Assembly: GCA_047495785.1 (NCBI GenBank)
Contig: JBLDXI010000085.1
Location: forward strand, 124,001-188,000
Length of the DNA: 64,000 nucleotides
Origin: Lepidodermella squamata
Taxonomy: Eukaryota > Animalia > Gastrotricha
Direction: 5' to 3'
Positions 23,673 through 36,682 of this stretch are shown here, piece after piece (positions within the stretch are counted from its first letter, which is position 1; each line of letters begins with the position of its first letter). The notes beneath the pieces are model-generated. The model ran no database searches, was not told the DNA's origin, and saw nothing but the letters and a program-made list of their open reading frames with translations. The translations under genes and the position numbers were made by a program.

Positions 23673-26196
23673 TCAACATTCATACAAAGCTACAATGCTA
23701 TCAATATTCGCGTAATGTTTCGCTTCATTTGCCATAGTGATGTTAACATATTCGATTAATTTGCCCTCAACCGCGGAACAGGGCACATTCTTGCGGCTAT
23801 CAACAGGCGGAGAGGCGATCAAGTGATTGAAGCCTTTAACTGGTATGACGGAGAACAAATCGTAGGATGGACCATTTTCCATATGTAACTTGACTGTTGC
23901 CGTGAGGTTAAATTCTTTATGAAATAGGGCATTGCTAGGGCGCACGGACAAGCCGAAACGAGGCAGATAGCAGCATTCGCCATTTATCGAACCAGGGCAG
24001 CAGTTTTTTATTCGATGAGTAAAATTCGTTAGCTTCCAGTTAACAGGATTGTTTTTCAGCAATTTATGCTGCGACATCCAATCGTATTTCTCGGTATATT
24101 TCCCAGGCTTGAGTCTCGTATTTCGCCGACCATTGAATTCTTCGAAAGAAAGGAAACAATCAACCCGAACCGCTGGGTTACCACTTTGAATATCTATCAC
24201 AGCCGATGGCCCGTTTGCAACAGCCAGCAATAGGGATTTTTTGATGAAATTGACCAAATACTCGGCCACCATTAAATGAGCCTGAACACCAGGGTGTAAT
24301 CTGTCGTTCGGGGATATGTATGTACCTTGAAAAAACGAAAAAAATAACAATATTTAGTAATTTTTTTACTGAAAAGCTGTTGTTTGAACTGTTCCGATGC
24401 ATCGGTTATATTCCACCAAAATTCTTCGTTATTCGCAACACCGATAGTGCCAACGAGGGGGATGTCATACTTTAGAGCAGCTTGCATATTCGTTTCAAAC
24501 ATAGGACTATTCATTGTTGGTTTGTTGTAAAAAACTCTTCTCGTATCTGGAAAATCGAGTAGGATTAATTGAACGTTTGGATTGCGCTCGAGCAGCGAAT
24601 CTATCATCAAATCGATATGTCTCGTCGTGGGGTTGTTGAGCAGTTGGTCCATGTTGAGCGATTCTTGGATGATGACAATGTCGAAATCAGCGACGTCCAA
24701 CAGCTCTTGGTGGCAGTAGGCGAAATACAAGCTATATATGAGAGTTTGATTTTTTATGAAGACGTTGAAAGCCTACAGTCTGCAGTGGCGTACCTAGGTG
24801 TAGCTCCGGCTGCCCAGTTCTCGCACAGCAACTCGGCACCACATTGTTTCAAGGTATTTTGTAGCCAGGTGCAGAACAAGTAAAAGGCATTTTCATCCTA
24901 CAAAAATTAAAGGCATATAGTGAATTCAGTACCAAATTATTCCAATCAGTTCTAAGTCCCCAATTTTAAGACCCAGCCTCTCACCCTAACCTTGGGGAAA
25001 ACTTTTTTTATCCGACCAAAATGTCTTACTCCATCCGACAACCCAAAATGAGACTAAAACCTGCCGACTTGCTTTTTCATATTTTCAAAAAATTACAGTA
25101 AAAAGGTGACCAATCGGATCACCATAAATCTTTCACCATAAAATTCTGCCGGTTCAGAGCCGAAATGGGGCGCATGAAAGGGGTGTGCACCTACCGAAAA
25201 ATCGAACTCTGGAAAATCGAGGAAACCGATATTTGCTTGTAGGATGATTTTAGTCTCATGTTTGGCTGTCGGATGAAATAAGACATTGGTCGGATGAAAA
25301 AGTCAGACCCCTAACCAGTTAAATAACCAAATACTAGTTAGGAATCGAATTCAATGAAATTCAATATAATCAAATCATCGAAGTTTGTCAAAAATCTTGG
25401 GAAAATACAATTACTGATAATATAGCGTGAATTTTGATAATATGCGAGATTGCCAAAGATGTTTGCGGCTTTTGCGGGTAAAATTCGTATATTAAAATCA
25501 ATAACCAGAAAATCACTCAAATTGGGGATATATTAACACGAGCATTTCGGTTATGAAATCTCCTCAGTAAGGGCCCTGTGAGTATCCTAATTCACCGATA
25601 TTCAAAATCTATCTGAATGCATGCTCAAATAACTAAAAAATTACTAATTTATTTGCCGAATGTTTGAATTGAGGTTTTTTATCAACCCAATTAGAGGGAT
25701 TTTTTTCTAGTAATCGAATCAAACCGCGGCCCAGCCTTAATAAATTATTTAATACCTATCTGAATATGAGAAATTATCGTATAAATTTCATAAAATTCTG
25801 ATTTATTTCGATCAATTTGAACGAAGAATTAAAGGAAAAAATTACCGGTTGAATAGCATGAGGTACAGATGTTGATTCGCCAAGCAGAGCGACCTTCAGT
25901 TTCGGCGGTTTCGTTGGGTCCTTTAGCGCTGCTGCAAGCCGCGAGAGCGCTGATTGAATGCGAGAAACATCGCCCAAATGTCTAATTGACAGCTCGTAAA
26001 ATTGGCTGTAAATTGAGCTGAACGGCGAAGTTGAAACGTTTCGAAAAAGCTCGGCTTCAGTTACTGATAGTGAGCTACGGCCGGTGAAAAATATTGGTCG
26101 CCTGTCGTTGACGCTTGCGGGAAAGTAAAACGCCGAAAGAAGAATGAGTACAATGCATGCAGATGCTAAGAAAAAATGACAGTTTTTAGCCATCAT
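23673..26196 (-). CDS. Type II membrane/secreted SGNH (GDSL-like) hydrolase-fold protein
   Basis: N-terminal TM (FFLASACIVLILLSAFYF). Block I KVALLGESTS, block II ENWAAGATPS (exon ~24795-24897), block III DIVIIQESLN, block V DRLHPGVQAHLMVAEYL. Confidence 0.75.
24993..25310. mobile_element. MITE-like inverted-repeat element in the SGNH gene intron
   Basis: tccgaccaaaatgtcttactccatccgacaacccaaaatgagactaaaa versus ttttagtctcatgtttggctgtcggatgaaataagacattggtcgga. Confidence 0.55.
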
Positions 26197-26634
26197 CTTT
26201 CGAAATGATTGGAATTTTTGGATTTTGAGTAGATGAGTACATAGTAGATAAAAGTTGGTAATAAAAAAAACCGGTGTTATGAATGAAAAATCACGAGCGA
26301 ATTTTCTACGTTACTATAAAAAAACCAGCTCATTAGAGAATGATTTTTCGTTTTTTTGGGGTATTTTCAACAGTCAACAGTCAACAGAGAAAATTATTTG
26401 AACAAGTCATTAGGTCATGATCCAAAAGTATCATCAATTATCAAGCCAGGTCTAATTGATGAAGATGATCTTCACTCGAATTTCAAAAATACCAGCTGAA
26501 CTTTGTACTATAAATCAGAATCAGATCAGAATCGAAACGCATAATATTTCCAAAACTAAATTATTTGAATTTATTAGAAACTTTGGCCATCAATAAGGTA
26601 ATAGTTTCTTCCAGACGGGAATATCGTTATCTGG

Positions 26635-27559
26635 TCACGATTGAGCTGTTGTTGTTGATATCCAGCCAATAACGTCGCAAACTCTCGCGTAAATCACCGG
26701 GCGGTGCTGCCTCGAATTCTCACTACAACCATCCGGCCCATGTGAAGTTACGCCGTAGACGTAGTACTTCTTCGTCACGCCATGCCAGCAAAACAACGGC
26801 GCCCCAGAATCACCCTTGCATGTACTCAACCGAGAAATCCCAACGCCACACAGTTTAGCATGGGTAAATGGTGCCCTGGAGTAAGCAGCTTCGCATAACG
26901 AGTATGAAACCCGAGCGACATTGATCCGTTTCAAAACTTGTCCATCTTTGTTAATAGGATCTTTGATATCGCCCCAAGAGACTGTAACGCCATCAGTTAT
27001 ACACCCATCCGTGATTATTGACTGGCTTCTTAGATTCGAACTGTTATGGCATGTCCAGGGCAGGGGGAGACCGATAGGTTGAACTTGTTTGGTGAGCCCG
27101 GGAACCCTTTCCAGCTCAATCAGGGCGAAGTCGTAGTCGATGGTTGTAGAATTGAACTTGGGATGGATTACAACTCGCTTTGAATTGATGATTTGCTGAT
27201 ATGGTTCTATAATATCGGAGTAGGTCAAATCATGGCGGCCCAATTCGATTCGCAAATTCGCTCTGTTTGAGATTAATTTCACATAAATTGGAAACATTAA
27301 TTCTAAAAGCACTTACCGATTGGCATTAAGGCAAATGGCTGATGTAAGGACCCATTTTTCTGAAATAAGGGATCCGACACAGGACACGCTCGGCTTGTTC
27401 TTTGGAACGATTCTGACCTGTGAAGAAAATGGAAAATTCTGGATTTCAACATTTTTTTGAAAACCTTACTATCCATGGGAACTCATTAGGCTGAGTTGCG
27501 ATCTGGCAAGATGCCGAATCGATTAGAAGTAAGAACACCGCAAAATAATGAACCTTCAT
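26635..27559 (-). CDS. Secreted trypsin-like serine-protease homolog; catalytic His replaced by Ile; no activation peptide
   Basis: Three exons: MKVHYFAVFLLLIDSASC-QIATQPNEFPWI | VRIV..SCVGSLISEKWVLTSAICL | ..IHPKFN..DYDFALIEL..CKGDSGAPL..GVTSHG..IYARVCDVIGWI. Confidence 0.85.
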
Positions 27560-27882
27560 AGTTAGCTTAAATCCACAGATGTATTTTTGAAAATTGCACC
27601 GGCTGAGTCTTAAAAGTAGAATGTAGCAAACCTTTGCACTTAAAGGCTATTGTTTAAAGTCGCAACAGAGTCAATTTATTGTTGAAAAATTTCCCACTCA
27701 TTAAAATTGTAAGCGTGGGAATTATTTTTAGATAAATAATAAAATTCATTAATTATTAAAGGAGCGATGAGTCATCATGAATTTATTAAAACTGATTTTT
27801 CTGATTAAAATATTAATGAAATGGATTTTTCCAGGGGAAACTATTTTTTACAGTAATTATTCGTGATTTGTTCAGATAAAAC

Positions 27883-29248
27883 ATGGAAATCAAAGTTTCT
27901 CCCAGTGATAAGCTAGTATCGAGTAAGGGCGTAGTCAAAGGTTTCAGAATAATGCATTTCACACTGAAGATAATTGGCGTCCTCCCTAATTGGCCTGAAC
28001 CTAACTGCGAATTTTCTCCAAGCTCGAAATGCTACAAGGCCTACGTCATTGTCATGCTGATTATCACCTGGCTATGGGCTCTTAAAATCTACTCGATTTT
28101 TTGGCTGATCGAAGTTAATAAAACACCGATTGGATATTTGTTGTACATTATCACGATCAGCTCATATGTAGTAGTCATGGCCATTATTCGAACTTGCTTG
28201 GTCATCGGATCATGGCGAGGAAAATTTCAAAAAATTTTGGACATATCAGAACCAGAGCTAAGCATTTTCCGACTTGAACCAGCCAAATTGAGCAAAGTCA
28301 CGAAATTCCGTACTGTCTATCTGATTTTTACCGGTGTTTGCTTGTGCTGCTGTGCGATCGTAAATATGGGGTTCCTGTCATTCATGGCTGCAAAGGACAA
28401 GTCAGATTTTGGCGAGACATTTTCGCCTTTTCCGTACTTGATCAAGGACGATGAAGTTTGGCGCTGTGCAGTGCCCTTTCTCAACTTGTTTGGAGCTTTT
28501 GTCGGCGATGGCGGGGCAATCATCAGCATAGGCCTAATGTGCACTTTCGTGCTAGTAAACGCCGCAAAATTCAAAATTTTTGTTGAGAAAATATCCGAAC
28601 TCGCGACGGCTGATTCATCAACCCGCAAAGAAAGCGAGTTGTTCGAGCAGCTACGATATAGGCATCTTTCGTTAGCGAGGGCTGCCCGTCATTTGGACCG
28701 AGATCTTAGGTGGGCAATTATGGCTTGTTCAGGCTACGGATTCATCGGAACTCTCATCAATTTGTATCGCGCGGCATTCGCGAGCGTCGCTGCGGACCAG
28801 GCGGACGAAGCGTCGTCGAAAGCCCTTCAATTTATCTGGGCTATCTTTTGCTTATCGGCTCTACTCATTTGCGTCATCCCATCAGCAATTCTTTCGCATT
28901 GCGCTGATGAGGTGAGGGAGAAGCTATTCAAAATGCGGGTGAAATCGACGGACGTTGAGACGAATACGCAATTGACGATGCTTCTAAGTCAAGTTGCCAC
29001 AGAACAGGTTTGCCTGACAATTGGAGGCGTCATGTCGCTGAAAAAGGAAACCATTGGAGCGGTAAGGCTTTTTCCTGGTTTGAATGATCTCGTGACATAT
29101 TCTCGTTTAGCTTTTCGCAGGTTTCCTTACCTATTTCCTGATTCTGATCGATTACACATCTGGAGAGAAAAGCCGGCAGCAAATCACCTCAGCTCTGGTC
29201 AACAATCCAGTTGCAAACATTTCCAACATAACAATGGGCGGAGCTTAG
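27883..29248 (+). CDS. Gustatory-receptor-like (GRL / 7tm_7) chemoreceptor, copy 1; exons 27883-29061 and 29111-29248
   Basis: Multi-TM protein with LTIGGVMSLKKETIGA|LFAGFLTYFLILIDY C-terminal motif (TYhhhhhQF-like) and a phase-0 intron just before TM7, typical of GR/GRL genes. Confidence 0.85.
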
Positions 29249-29843
29249 ATCCATGGTGTTTAATAAGGATGACTACGCTCTTTAACTCAATCACCTCGAT
29301 GGTTAGAACATAACCTCCGAGTAGCGATTGAGCGATTGAGACTGACCCAAAATCGTTGAATGTGTACTTTTGGGGCATTATTCAATAAAAAGACATGAAT
29401 TGAAAGCAAACATCATGTTTATGTTTATGTACATTCCTTTACCGATACACCCAATTCTACAAAGGGACTTGCCGACTATCGACCTCAGGCCTCAGGCAAC
29501 CGGCATCTTTAGCTTGAACCTTACAGTTTACGATCACGCAAGTAACTAAGAACTGAACAACCAGGTTTCTTAGAGGATGAGGCGAGCTTGTAAGACCCCG
29601 AAAGTGAGCTGCCTTGAAAGACAAAGCCATTTGTTCTCACTCGTCGACTTATTGTTGAAAAATTCCTCATCCATAATAATAATTTGAAAAAAGGATCTAT
29701 GTTTAAATTATTGAAAGGGAAAATGATTCATAGCGAATCGATTAATAAAACTAATTTTTCCGTTAATATATTAATGAAGTGAATATTCCGTGGGAAAAAC
29801 TGCTGTTTTACAGTAATTATACGTGTTTTTTTTCCAATAAAAC

Positions 29844-31207
29844 ATGGAAATCAAAGTTTCTCCCAGTGATAAGCTAGTATCGAGCAAAGACGTAGTCAAA
29901 GGCTTTAGAATCATCCATTTTACCCTGAAGGCCATCGGTATTTTCCCTAATTGGCCTGAACCCAACTGCGAATTCTCGCCAAGCTCGAAATGCTACAAAG
30001 CCTACGTCATAGTCATGCTTATAATCAGCTGGTTGTGGGCTCTGAGAATTTACTCGATCTTCTGGTTGATCGAGGTCGATAAAACGCCGATCGGAGATTT
30101 TTTGTATCTGATCTCTATCACATCCTATGTAATTGTGATGGCCACGATTCGCACCTGCTTGGTCATCGGATCGTGGCGAGGAAAATTTCAAAAAATCTTC
30201 GAAATCTCAGAACCAGAGCTGCTAAGCATTTTCCGACTTGAACCAGCCAAATTGAGCAAAGTCACGAAATTCCGTACTGCTTATCTAATTTTCGCCGGAA
30301 TCAGCTTGTACTGCTGTGTGATCTTGAACATGGGCTACATCTCATTCACGGCTGCAAAGGACAAGTCAGATTTTGGTGAGCCTTTTTCGCCTTTTCACAT
30401 ACTGATCAAAGACGATGAAGTTTGGCGTCATACCGTGCCTTTTCTCACTTTTTTCGGAACTATTGTCAACGACGGCGGGGCGATTTTCTGCTTAGGACTC
30501 ATGTGCACTTTTGTGTTAGTCGTCGCCGCAAAATTCAAGATTTTCGTCAGGCAAATTTCTGAACTCGCGACGGCTGATTCATCAAGCCGCAAAGAAAGCG
30601 AGTTGTTCGAACTCGTACGAGATAGACATCTTTCGTTAGTAAGGGCGGCCCGGCATTTGGACCGTGATCTTAGGTGGGCAATTATGGCTTGTTCAAGCTA
30701 CGGCTTTCTCGGGACTCTGGTCAATTTGTATCGAGCAGCTTTCGCCACTATGTCTGTGTATGAGGCGTCGTCGAAAGCTCTTCATTTCATCTGGACTCTA
30801 TTTTGCTTATCGGCTCTACTCATTTTCATTATACCCTCGGCGATTCTATCGCATTGCGCTGATGAGGTGAGAGAGAAACTGTTCAAGTTGAAGGTGAAAT
30901 CGAAGGACGCTGAGACTACAACGCAAGTGACGCTGCTTCTTAGTCAAGTTACAACGGAACAGGTTTGCCTGTCGATTGGAGGCGTAATGTCTCTGAAGAA
31001 GGAAACTATCGGAGCGGTAAGATTATGATTTTAGCCAAAGTATTTTTAATAAAATTTGGTTTGTTCTAGCTTTTCGCAGGCTTCCTGACCTATTTCCTGA
31101 TCCTCATCGATTATACCTCTGGAGAGAAAAGCCGCCAACAAATCACCTCAGCTCTGGTGAATAATCCAGTTGCAAACAATTCAAACATGACATTGGGCGG
31201 AGCTTAG
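29844..31207 (+). CDS. Gustatory-receptor-like chemoreceptor, copy 2; exons 29844-31016 and 31070-31207
   Basis: Tandem paralog with the same intron and TYFLILIDY motif. Confidence 0.85.
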
Positions 31208-31967
31208 AACTACCATGTATATATACTAACGTAGAACAAGCTCCAAAACAAATTCGTTTCGTTGATTAGGAAATATTCTGTGAATAACTTCTGGGATTGG
31301 GAGTGAACCTAACACACGTTTGGGCATTACCATTTTGAGCATTCAATAAATCAACATGAATTGAGAGTTAACGCTAGATACTGTAAAATGGCCTATGGAC
31401 TAATCAGGAACTAGCCACGAACTAACCCATCAGGATTCTAGGGAATTGAGTGAGCTCATTTCAAAAGACCCCATGTCAAGCCGACTGGTAAACGTTGAAG
31501 TTTTAATCATTAAACAAAGTCGAATGGAACCCCGTCATTTGAATTTTGTAGGCTCTGCAAAATATTTAGAATATTCATGAGCAGAATATCTATAACGTCT
31601 TTTTGTCAGCCGCCTGTGATCCTTAGCATTTTCATCCCCATAGTAAACCCAAACCTTCGATGTTTGTGTAAAAAAATCAATGAAAATACATCAACCTGGG
31701 CCGTTTGCAATAGAATAAGATCTTGCTGTGATTCAACTGTGATTCAGCGTATTTTTTAAAATTAAAAATTCCTCACCCGTTATAATGGGAATAAGCGTGG
31801 GAATTATTCAATAAAGAGAAGCTATATATAAATTATTGAACGTTAAATGATTAATCATGAAATGATACAAAAAACGATTGCTGTAGTTGAATTATTAATC
31901 AATTTTTTCAGGGGAACAAAAAACGGCTGTTTCACAATAATAAGGCGCGCTATTTTTCCGATAACAC

Positions 31968-33334
31968 ATGGAATCTAAAATATCTCCCAGTGATAAACTA
32001 GTATCGAGTAAAGACATAGTCGGAGGCTTCAAAATACTTCACTTTACCCTGAAGGCTATCGGCACGCTCCCTAATTGGCCTGAACCCAACTGCGAATTCT
32101 CGCCAAGCTCGAAATGCTACAAAGCCTACGTCATAGTCATGCTGATTATCACCTGGCTATGGGCTCTCAGAGTCTACTCGATTTTTTGGCTGATCGACGT
32201 TGATAAAACGCCGATTGGAGATTTTTTGTACCTATTCACCATTTGCTCCTTCGCAATTGCGATGGCCACGATTCGCACCTGCATGGTGATATCATCGTGG
32301 CGAGGAAAATTTCAAAAAATATTGAACTTTGCTGAACCGGGGGTCGCAAGTATTTTTCAGCTGGAACCAGCCAAATTGAGCAAAATCACGAAATTCCGTG
32401 CTGCTTTCCTGATTTTCGCCGGCATAATGTTGTACTGCTGTGTTATCTTGAACATGATTTTCGCCTCGTATATGGCCTCGGAGGACAAGTTGGATTTCGG
32501 CACGCCGTTCTCACCTTTTCATTACTTGATCAAAAACGACCAAGTCTGGCATTACACTGTGCCCGTTCTCATCCTTTTTTCCGCTGTCGTAAATGACTGT
32601 GGGGCAATTATCTGCATAGGACTTATGTGCAGTTTCGTGCTATTCGTCGCTGCGAAATTCAAAATTTTCGCTCAGCAAATCGCTAAATTAGCGAAAACTA
32701 ATGCAGCCATTCAAAATGATGCCGAATTTTTTGAGCTGTTGCGAGAGAGGCATCTTTCCTTACTTAAAGCCGCGCGGCATTTGGACCGAGACCTTCGTTT
32801 ATCGATCATCGCTTGCTCTTGCTACGGCTTCATCGGGACCCTCGTCAATTTGTATCGCGCAGCTTTTGCCAGCGTTTCTGTGGATGAGGCGTCGTCGAAG
32901 GCCCTGCAATTCATCTGGGCTTGCTTTTGCCTGGCATCTCTACTCATTTTCGTTATACCCTCAGCGATTCTGTCGCATTGTGCTGATGAGGTGAGGGAGA
33001 AGCTGTTCAAGTTGAAGGTGAAATCGAAGGACATTGAGACGAATACGCAACTGACGATGCTTCTCAGTCAAGTAACAACAGAACAGGTTTGCCTTTCAAT
33101 TGGAGGGGTTATGTCACTGAAGAAGGAAACTATCGGAGCGGTAAGACTCTGATTTAGGCTGAATTCCTATTCATTCATAATTTCTTTTTTCCCCAGCTTT
33201 TCGCAGGTTTCCTTACCTATTTTCTTATTCTTATCGATTACACTTCAGGTGAGAAAAGTCGCCAGCAAAACGCATGTGGTCTGGCCTACAATCAATTGGC
33301 AAACATTTCTAATATCACTATGGGCGGAGCTTAG
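31968..33334 (+). CDS. Gustatory-receptor-like chemoreceptor, copy 3; exons 31968-33140 and 33197-33334
   Basis: Tandem paralog with the same intron and TYFLILIDY motif. Confidence 0.85.
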
Positions 33335-33486
33335 TACTCATCATTCAAAAAGTTTCCTATATGAACTAGTGGACAGTCGGCAGGTTTTCCAAGCTTCGCA
33401 TGGGGCATTTTTTCTTTTTTTATTGTATCTATGGTGTCTAAATAAAACAAGTTATCATTCGAGTTACAGAATGTCTCTTTCCCGCT

Positions 33487-33849
33487 TTAGTCTTGGAGCA
33501 CTTTGAAGCGTGGGCGAATTCTCGTCGGAGTTTTGTGCTCAGCCTCCTGATTCTGGATGTTCGCCTTTGTTTTCTCGACCGCTAGCTCGGTCGCTCGATC
33601 GCCATGTTCGTGCTTTGGCCGGCTATGAGAGTGAGCATTACGCCTGTGATTGCCGTCAGCCGAGGCGCCAAATCTGTTGCGAGCATACTGCTGCGGCGTA
33701 AGAACAGGTGCTGACTGTTCAGGCTTGAAGTTGAAAGTCAGAGCATCCCCGTCACCTTCCTCTGAGGAATGACCGAGGGTTTCTGAGGCTCCAGCAACGT
33801 ATATCATGATGAAGATAGTCAATAACGTAAAACATGCTTTCGAAGCCAT
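33487..33849 (-). CDS. Small secreted protein (120 aa), paralog of 34531-34875
   Basis: Signal peptide; shares LTPQQYARxRFG, HGDRATELAVEKTK and IRPRFKV with its neighbour. Confidence 0.7.
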   Translation of the reverse strand: MASKACFTLLTIFIMIYVAGASETLGHSSEEGDGDALTFNFKPEQSAPVLTPQQYARNRFGASADGNHRRNAHSHSRPKHEHGDRATELAVEKTKANIQNQEAEHKTPTRIRPRFKVLQD

Positions 33850-34530
33850 TTTTCTAGGTGAAGAATTTACAGAGAAACCTATTTATCCTGAAAAATTAAT
33901 AATCGAATGAGAAAGGATCATTTCATTGATTTGTTAGTCCAGTGCCAAGGGCTTTCTTAGCCTTCAAAAATGGTAGTGGACAAAGCCACACAATGGGGGA
34001 AGGGGGCCTCAAAGGCTCAAAATAGCCAAAAGCTCGAAATGTCTGATTTTGTGGCCAAATGTTTGGTTTAGGTGGAGAATGGCTAGAGGCTAGATGAAAC
34101 ATTGGAAAGCGCTATAATTCAGAAAACCAGAGCGAAAATATGCTTAGCTAGATTTTACTATTTTTTCTAAAATTCTCGTAAACTATGTACTTCCCTTATT
34201 CCCTTCTATGTATGACAAATACAAATCTCGATGGGGTCTGAGAAAATTGACATTTCCTGTCTCTGTTTCCTCAACAAGCCAGTCGCAGTGAATATGCGTG
34301 TAGGGAAAAAATCGATATTTTCCAAACATTTCATTTAAGCACCAGCTAATGAATCAATACGAATATTTCAATCAAGCGTCGGTGGTACGTCGCCATTCAC
34401 GCGTCGCTAATTTTTCAATTGCCCATCGCCCCGACGAAATCACGCATTTTAAAACAATTAAAATTTTCGAAAAACGAACTGTGATTGAGCTATACGGTAT
34501 TTTTATTTTCATTTGAACAAAAATAATCCA

Positions 34531-34875
34531 TTAATTGACCTTGAAGCGAGGCCGTATTTTCGGCGGCTGTTTAACTTCGACGACAGGCTTCTTAACGTTA
34601 AACTTGGTCTTCTCAACAGCGAGTTCAGTCGCTCGATCGCCGTGAACGTGCCTGCGATGGGCGTGGGTAACCTTTCGATAGTTGACGTTGGCTTGCTCTC
34701 CAAAACGGGTCCTGGCGTACTGCTGAGGTGTCAAAGGTTTGACTGGAGCTTTGAATTGAATCAGTGGTAGATCTCCCAGATCCTCGTCAACATCAGCCGA
34801 AATACCTTCTTCATGAGCCAGAGCTACGCAGACTATCAGACCAAGGAACAAACAAGCCGTTCTGAAAAATCTCAT
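34531..34875 (-). CDS. Small secreted protein (114 aa), paralog of 33487-33849
   Basis: Signal peptide MRFFRTACLFLGLIVCVALA; conserved blocks as in the neighbour. Confidence 0.7.
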   Translation of the reverse strand: MRFFRTACLFLGLIVCVALAHEEGISADVDEDLGDLPLIQFKAPVKPLTPQQYARTRFGEQANVNYRKVTHAHRRHVHGDRATELAVEKTKFNVKKPVVEVKQPPKIRPRFKVN

Positions 34876-35968
34876 TCTTTCGAGCTCTAAGCGCCTATTG
34901 AGGAAGAAAACAAGAAAAAATATTCAAAAATTGGGCTCTGTAATGAAATTCGAGGGATATTCGAATTAACCTGTAAAAACTCTCAATCGGGAACGCCTTA
35001 GCCTAACTCGTGTAATGACATGATTTTTTGGAAATTTTCTAAAGAAAACTGGGTCAATGTAAACCCTTACTTTCATGGGACGCAAACCGTGTGAAACTGA
35101 TATCTTTGGAATCGTGCGGTTACAATAATTTAATTTTCTATTCCGGATGTAATAGCTTTTCGCCGGAGAACAAAGAGCGGCACACGGTACACTTGAAAAA
35201 AATGAATGAACTCAGAAAAGCCCACTCACTGCGTATTAGAGTACTTACAGCTGACCAATTTTTATTGTCGTTGAATCGCCGCAGCTTTATCTGATTGAGT
35301 TGGAATTATCTGGGGCTTTGTTTTCAATGGTCGGAAATTGATATTCCCGCATGAGTTGACTTAGTGCCCGTGAGTGCTACTACCACGCAGCGCTAAGTGA
35401 ATGGGCCGCGCTCGAAATAGCCCAGTTAAATCGATTTCAACTTTTAATCACTTCCGGCTTCCTAAAATGAGCCGGCTGATGGAGTGAAAGTCGGAGTGTT
35501 CCCAAAAAATCTGGGAAATTTTCAAAAAATAGCCGTAAAACTGTTTTTTTATCTCAAAATTTCATAATTAAAAAAATTCGAGGCCAGAAACGCTTGGAAA
35601 ATGACTTCCGGATCTATTTTCAACTCGATCAAGAATTTCAAGCGGCTTCTTAGTATTTTCTTCAAATTTCAACATTGCAATGTGCGATGAATTCACTGAG
35701 AGCAACGTCCAGAGCTACTTTGACTTCAATTCATCTGGAACCTGGATCGTTTGCTAGGTTATTATTTATCAGTTCGGATTTATTATCTGCGATGAAAAAC
35801 AACTACATTCTCAACCAGGCTCGAACAATGCGTTTTTTTTCTTTCAGTCTAAGAGATAAGAAAAACACGACGATAAAAAAAATACACCTGAAATGTACTC
35901 AGTAGTGTGCGTAAACAACCTTTATAATAGAGGTTATACACAAAGCCGGGACTGAGTAAAGCTTCAAA

Positions 35969-36682
35969 ATGACTAGTAATGGCTCAGAGCTATTTGCGGC
36001 TTGCGAAACTGGCGACTTGAAGACCGTCAAACGACTAATTCACTATGAATCAGTTGACCCGAATCACTCATGTTCAAAACCGGAGAATTTCCGCTTCAAC
36101 AACAACGCAAGCCCGTTGATGGCTGCTGCTTACTTCGGAAGAATCGAGGTTGCGAAATTTCTTATTGAAAATGGAGCTCGGGTCGATGAGCAAGACTCGG
36201 CTGGTTGGACGAGTTTCATGCTAGCCGCCGAACAAGGCCACGTGGCGCTACTACGTCTCCTCGCTGCGAATGGGGCTAACCCTTACCATCGAAATCATCG
36301 AAGCGAAACGGCCCTTATGTGGGCTTCCCTTAACAATAACATTGACACAGTTCGTTTTCTAGTTCAAGAATGCGACTCTGACGTGAATGCTGTTGATTTT
36401 CAACGAGTCAGTGTCCTTATGTATGCGGCTAAATTCTGCGCTAATGCCGTGATTGGTTACCTGATCGCCAACGGAGCGGATCGCTTGTTGCGGGATGCAA
36501 CTGGCAACACTGCGTTTGATTACGCGTCACGGTGTCGTAAGATCGATGAGCGAAAACGTTGGACAGCTTGCGAGATGCTTTACCATCGGAAATTTGATTC
36601 AGGCGGCTATCCTTTACTCGCTATTCCTGCTGTATCTTGTTGGAATTTTGATTTTGTTACTGATGATCAAGCCGTTGCGTGA
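35969..36682 (+). CDS. Ankyrin-repeat protein (~5 repeats), intronless
   Basis: LFAACETGDLKTVKRLI, SPLMAAAYFGRIEVAKFLIENGA, TSFMLAAEQGHV, TALMWAS, GNTAFDYA. Confidence 0.85.
   Translation: MTSNGSELFAACETGDLKTVKRLIHYESVDPNHSCSKPENFRFNNNASPLMAAAYFGRIEVAKFLIENGARVDEQDSAGWTSFMLAAEQGHVALLRLLAANGANPYHRNHRSETALMWASLNNNIDTVRFLVQECDSDVNAVDFQRVSVLMYAAKFCANAVIGYLIANGADRLLRDATGNTAFDYASRCRKIDERKRWTACEMLYHRKFDSGGYPLLAIPAVSCWNFDFVTDDQAVA

Noticed and set aside
29062-29313. 476-aa unspliced version of GR-like copy 1
   Set aside because: Read-through of an intron conserved in all three paralogs; the spliced form restores the TM7 motif.
33660-34730. RF-G as RFamide neuropeptide precursors
   Set aside because: The Gly is not followed by a basic cleavage site (RFGAS, RFGEQ), and the motif is single-copy per protein.
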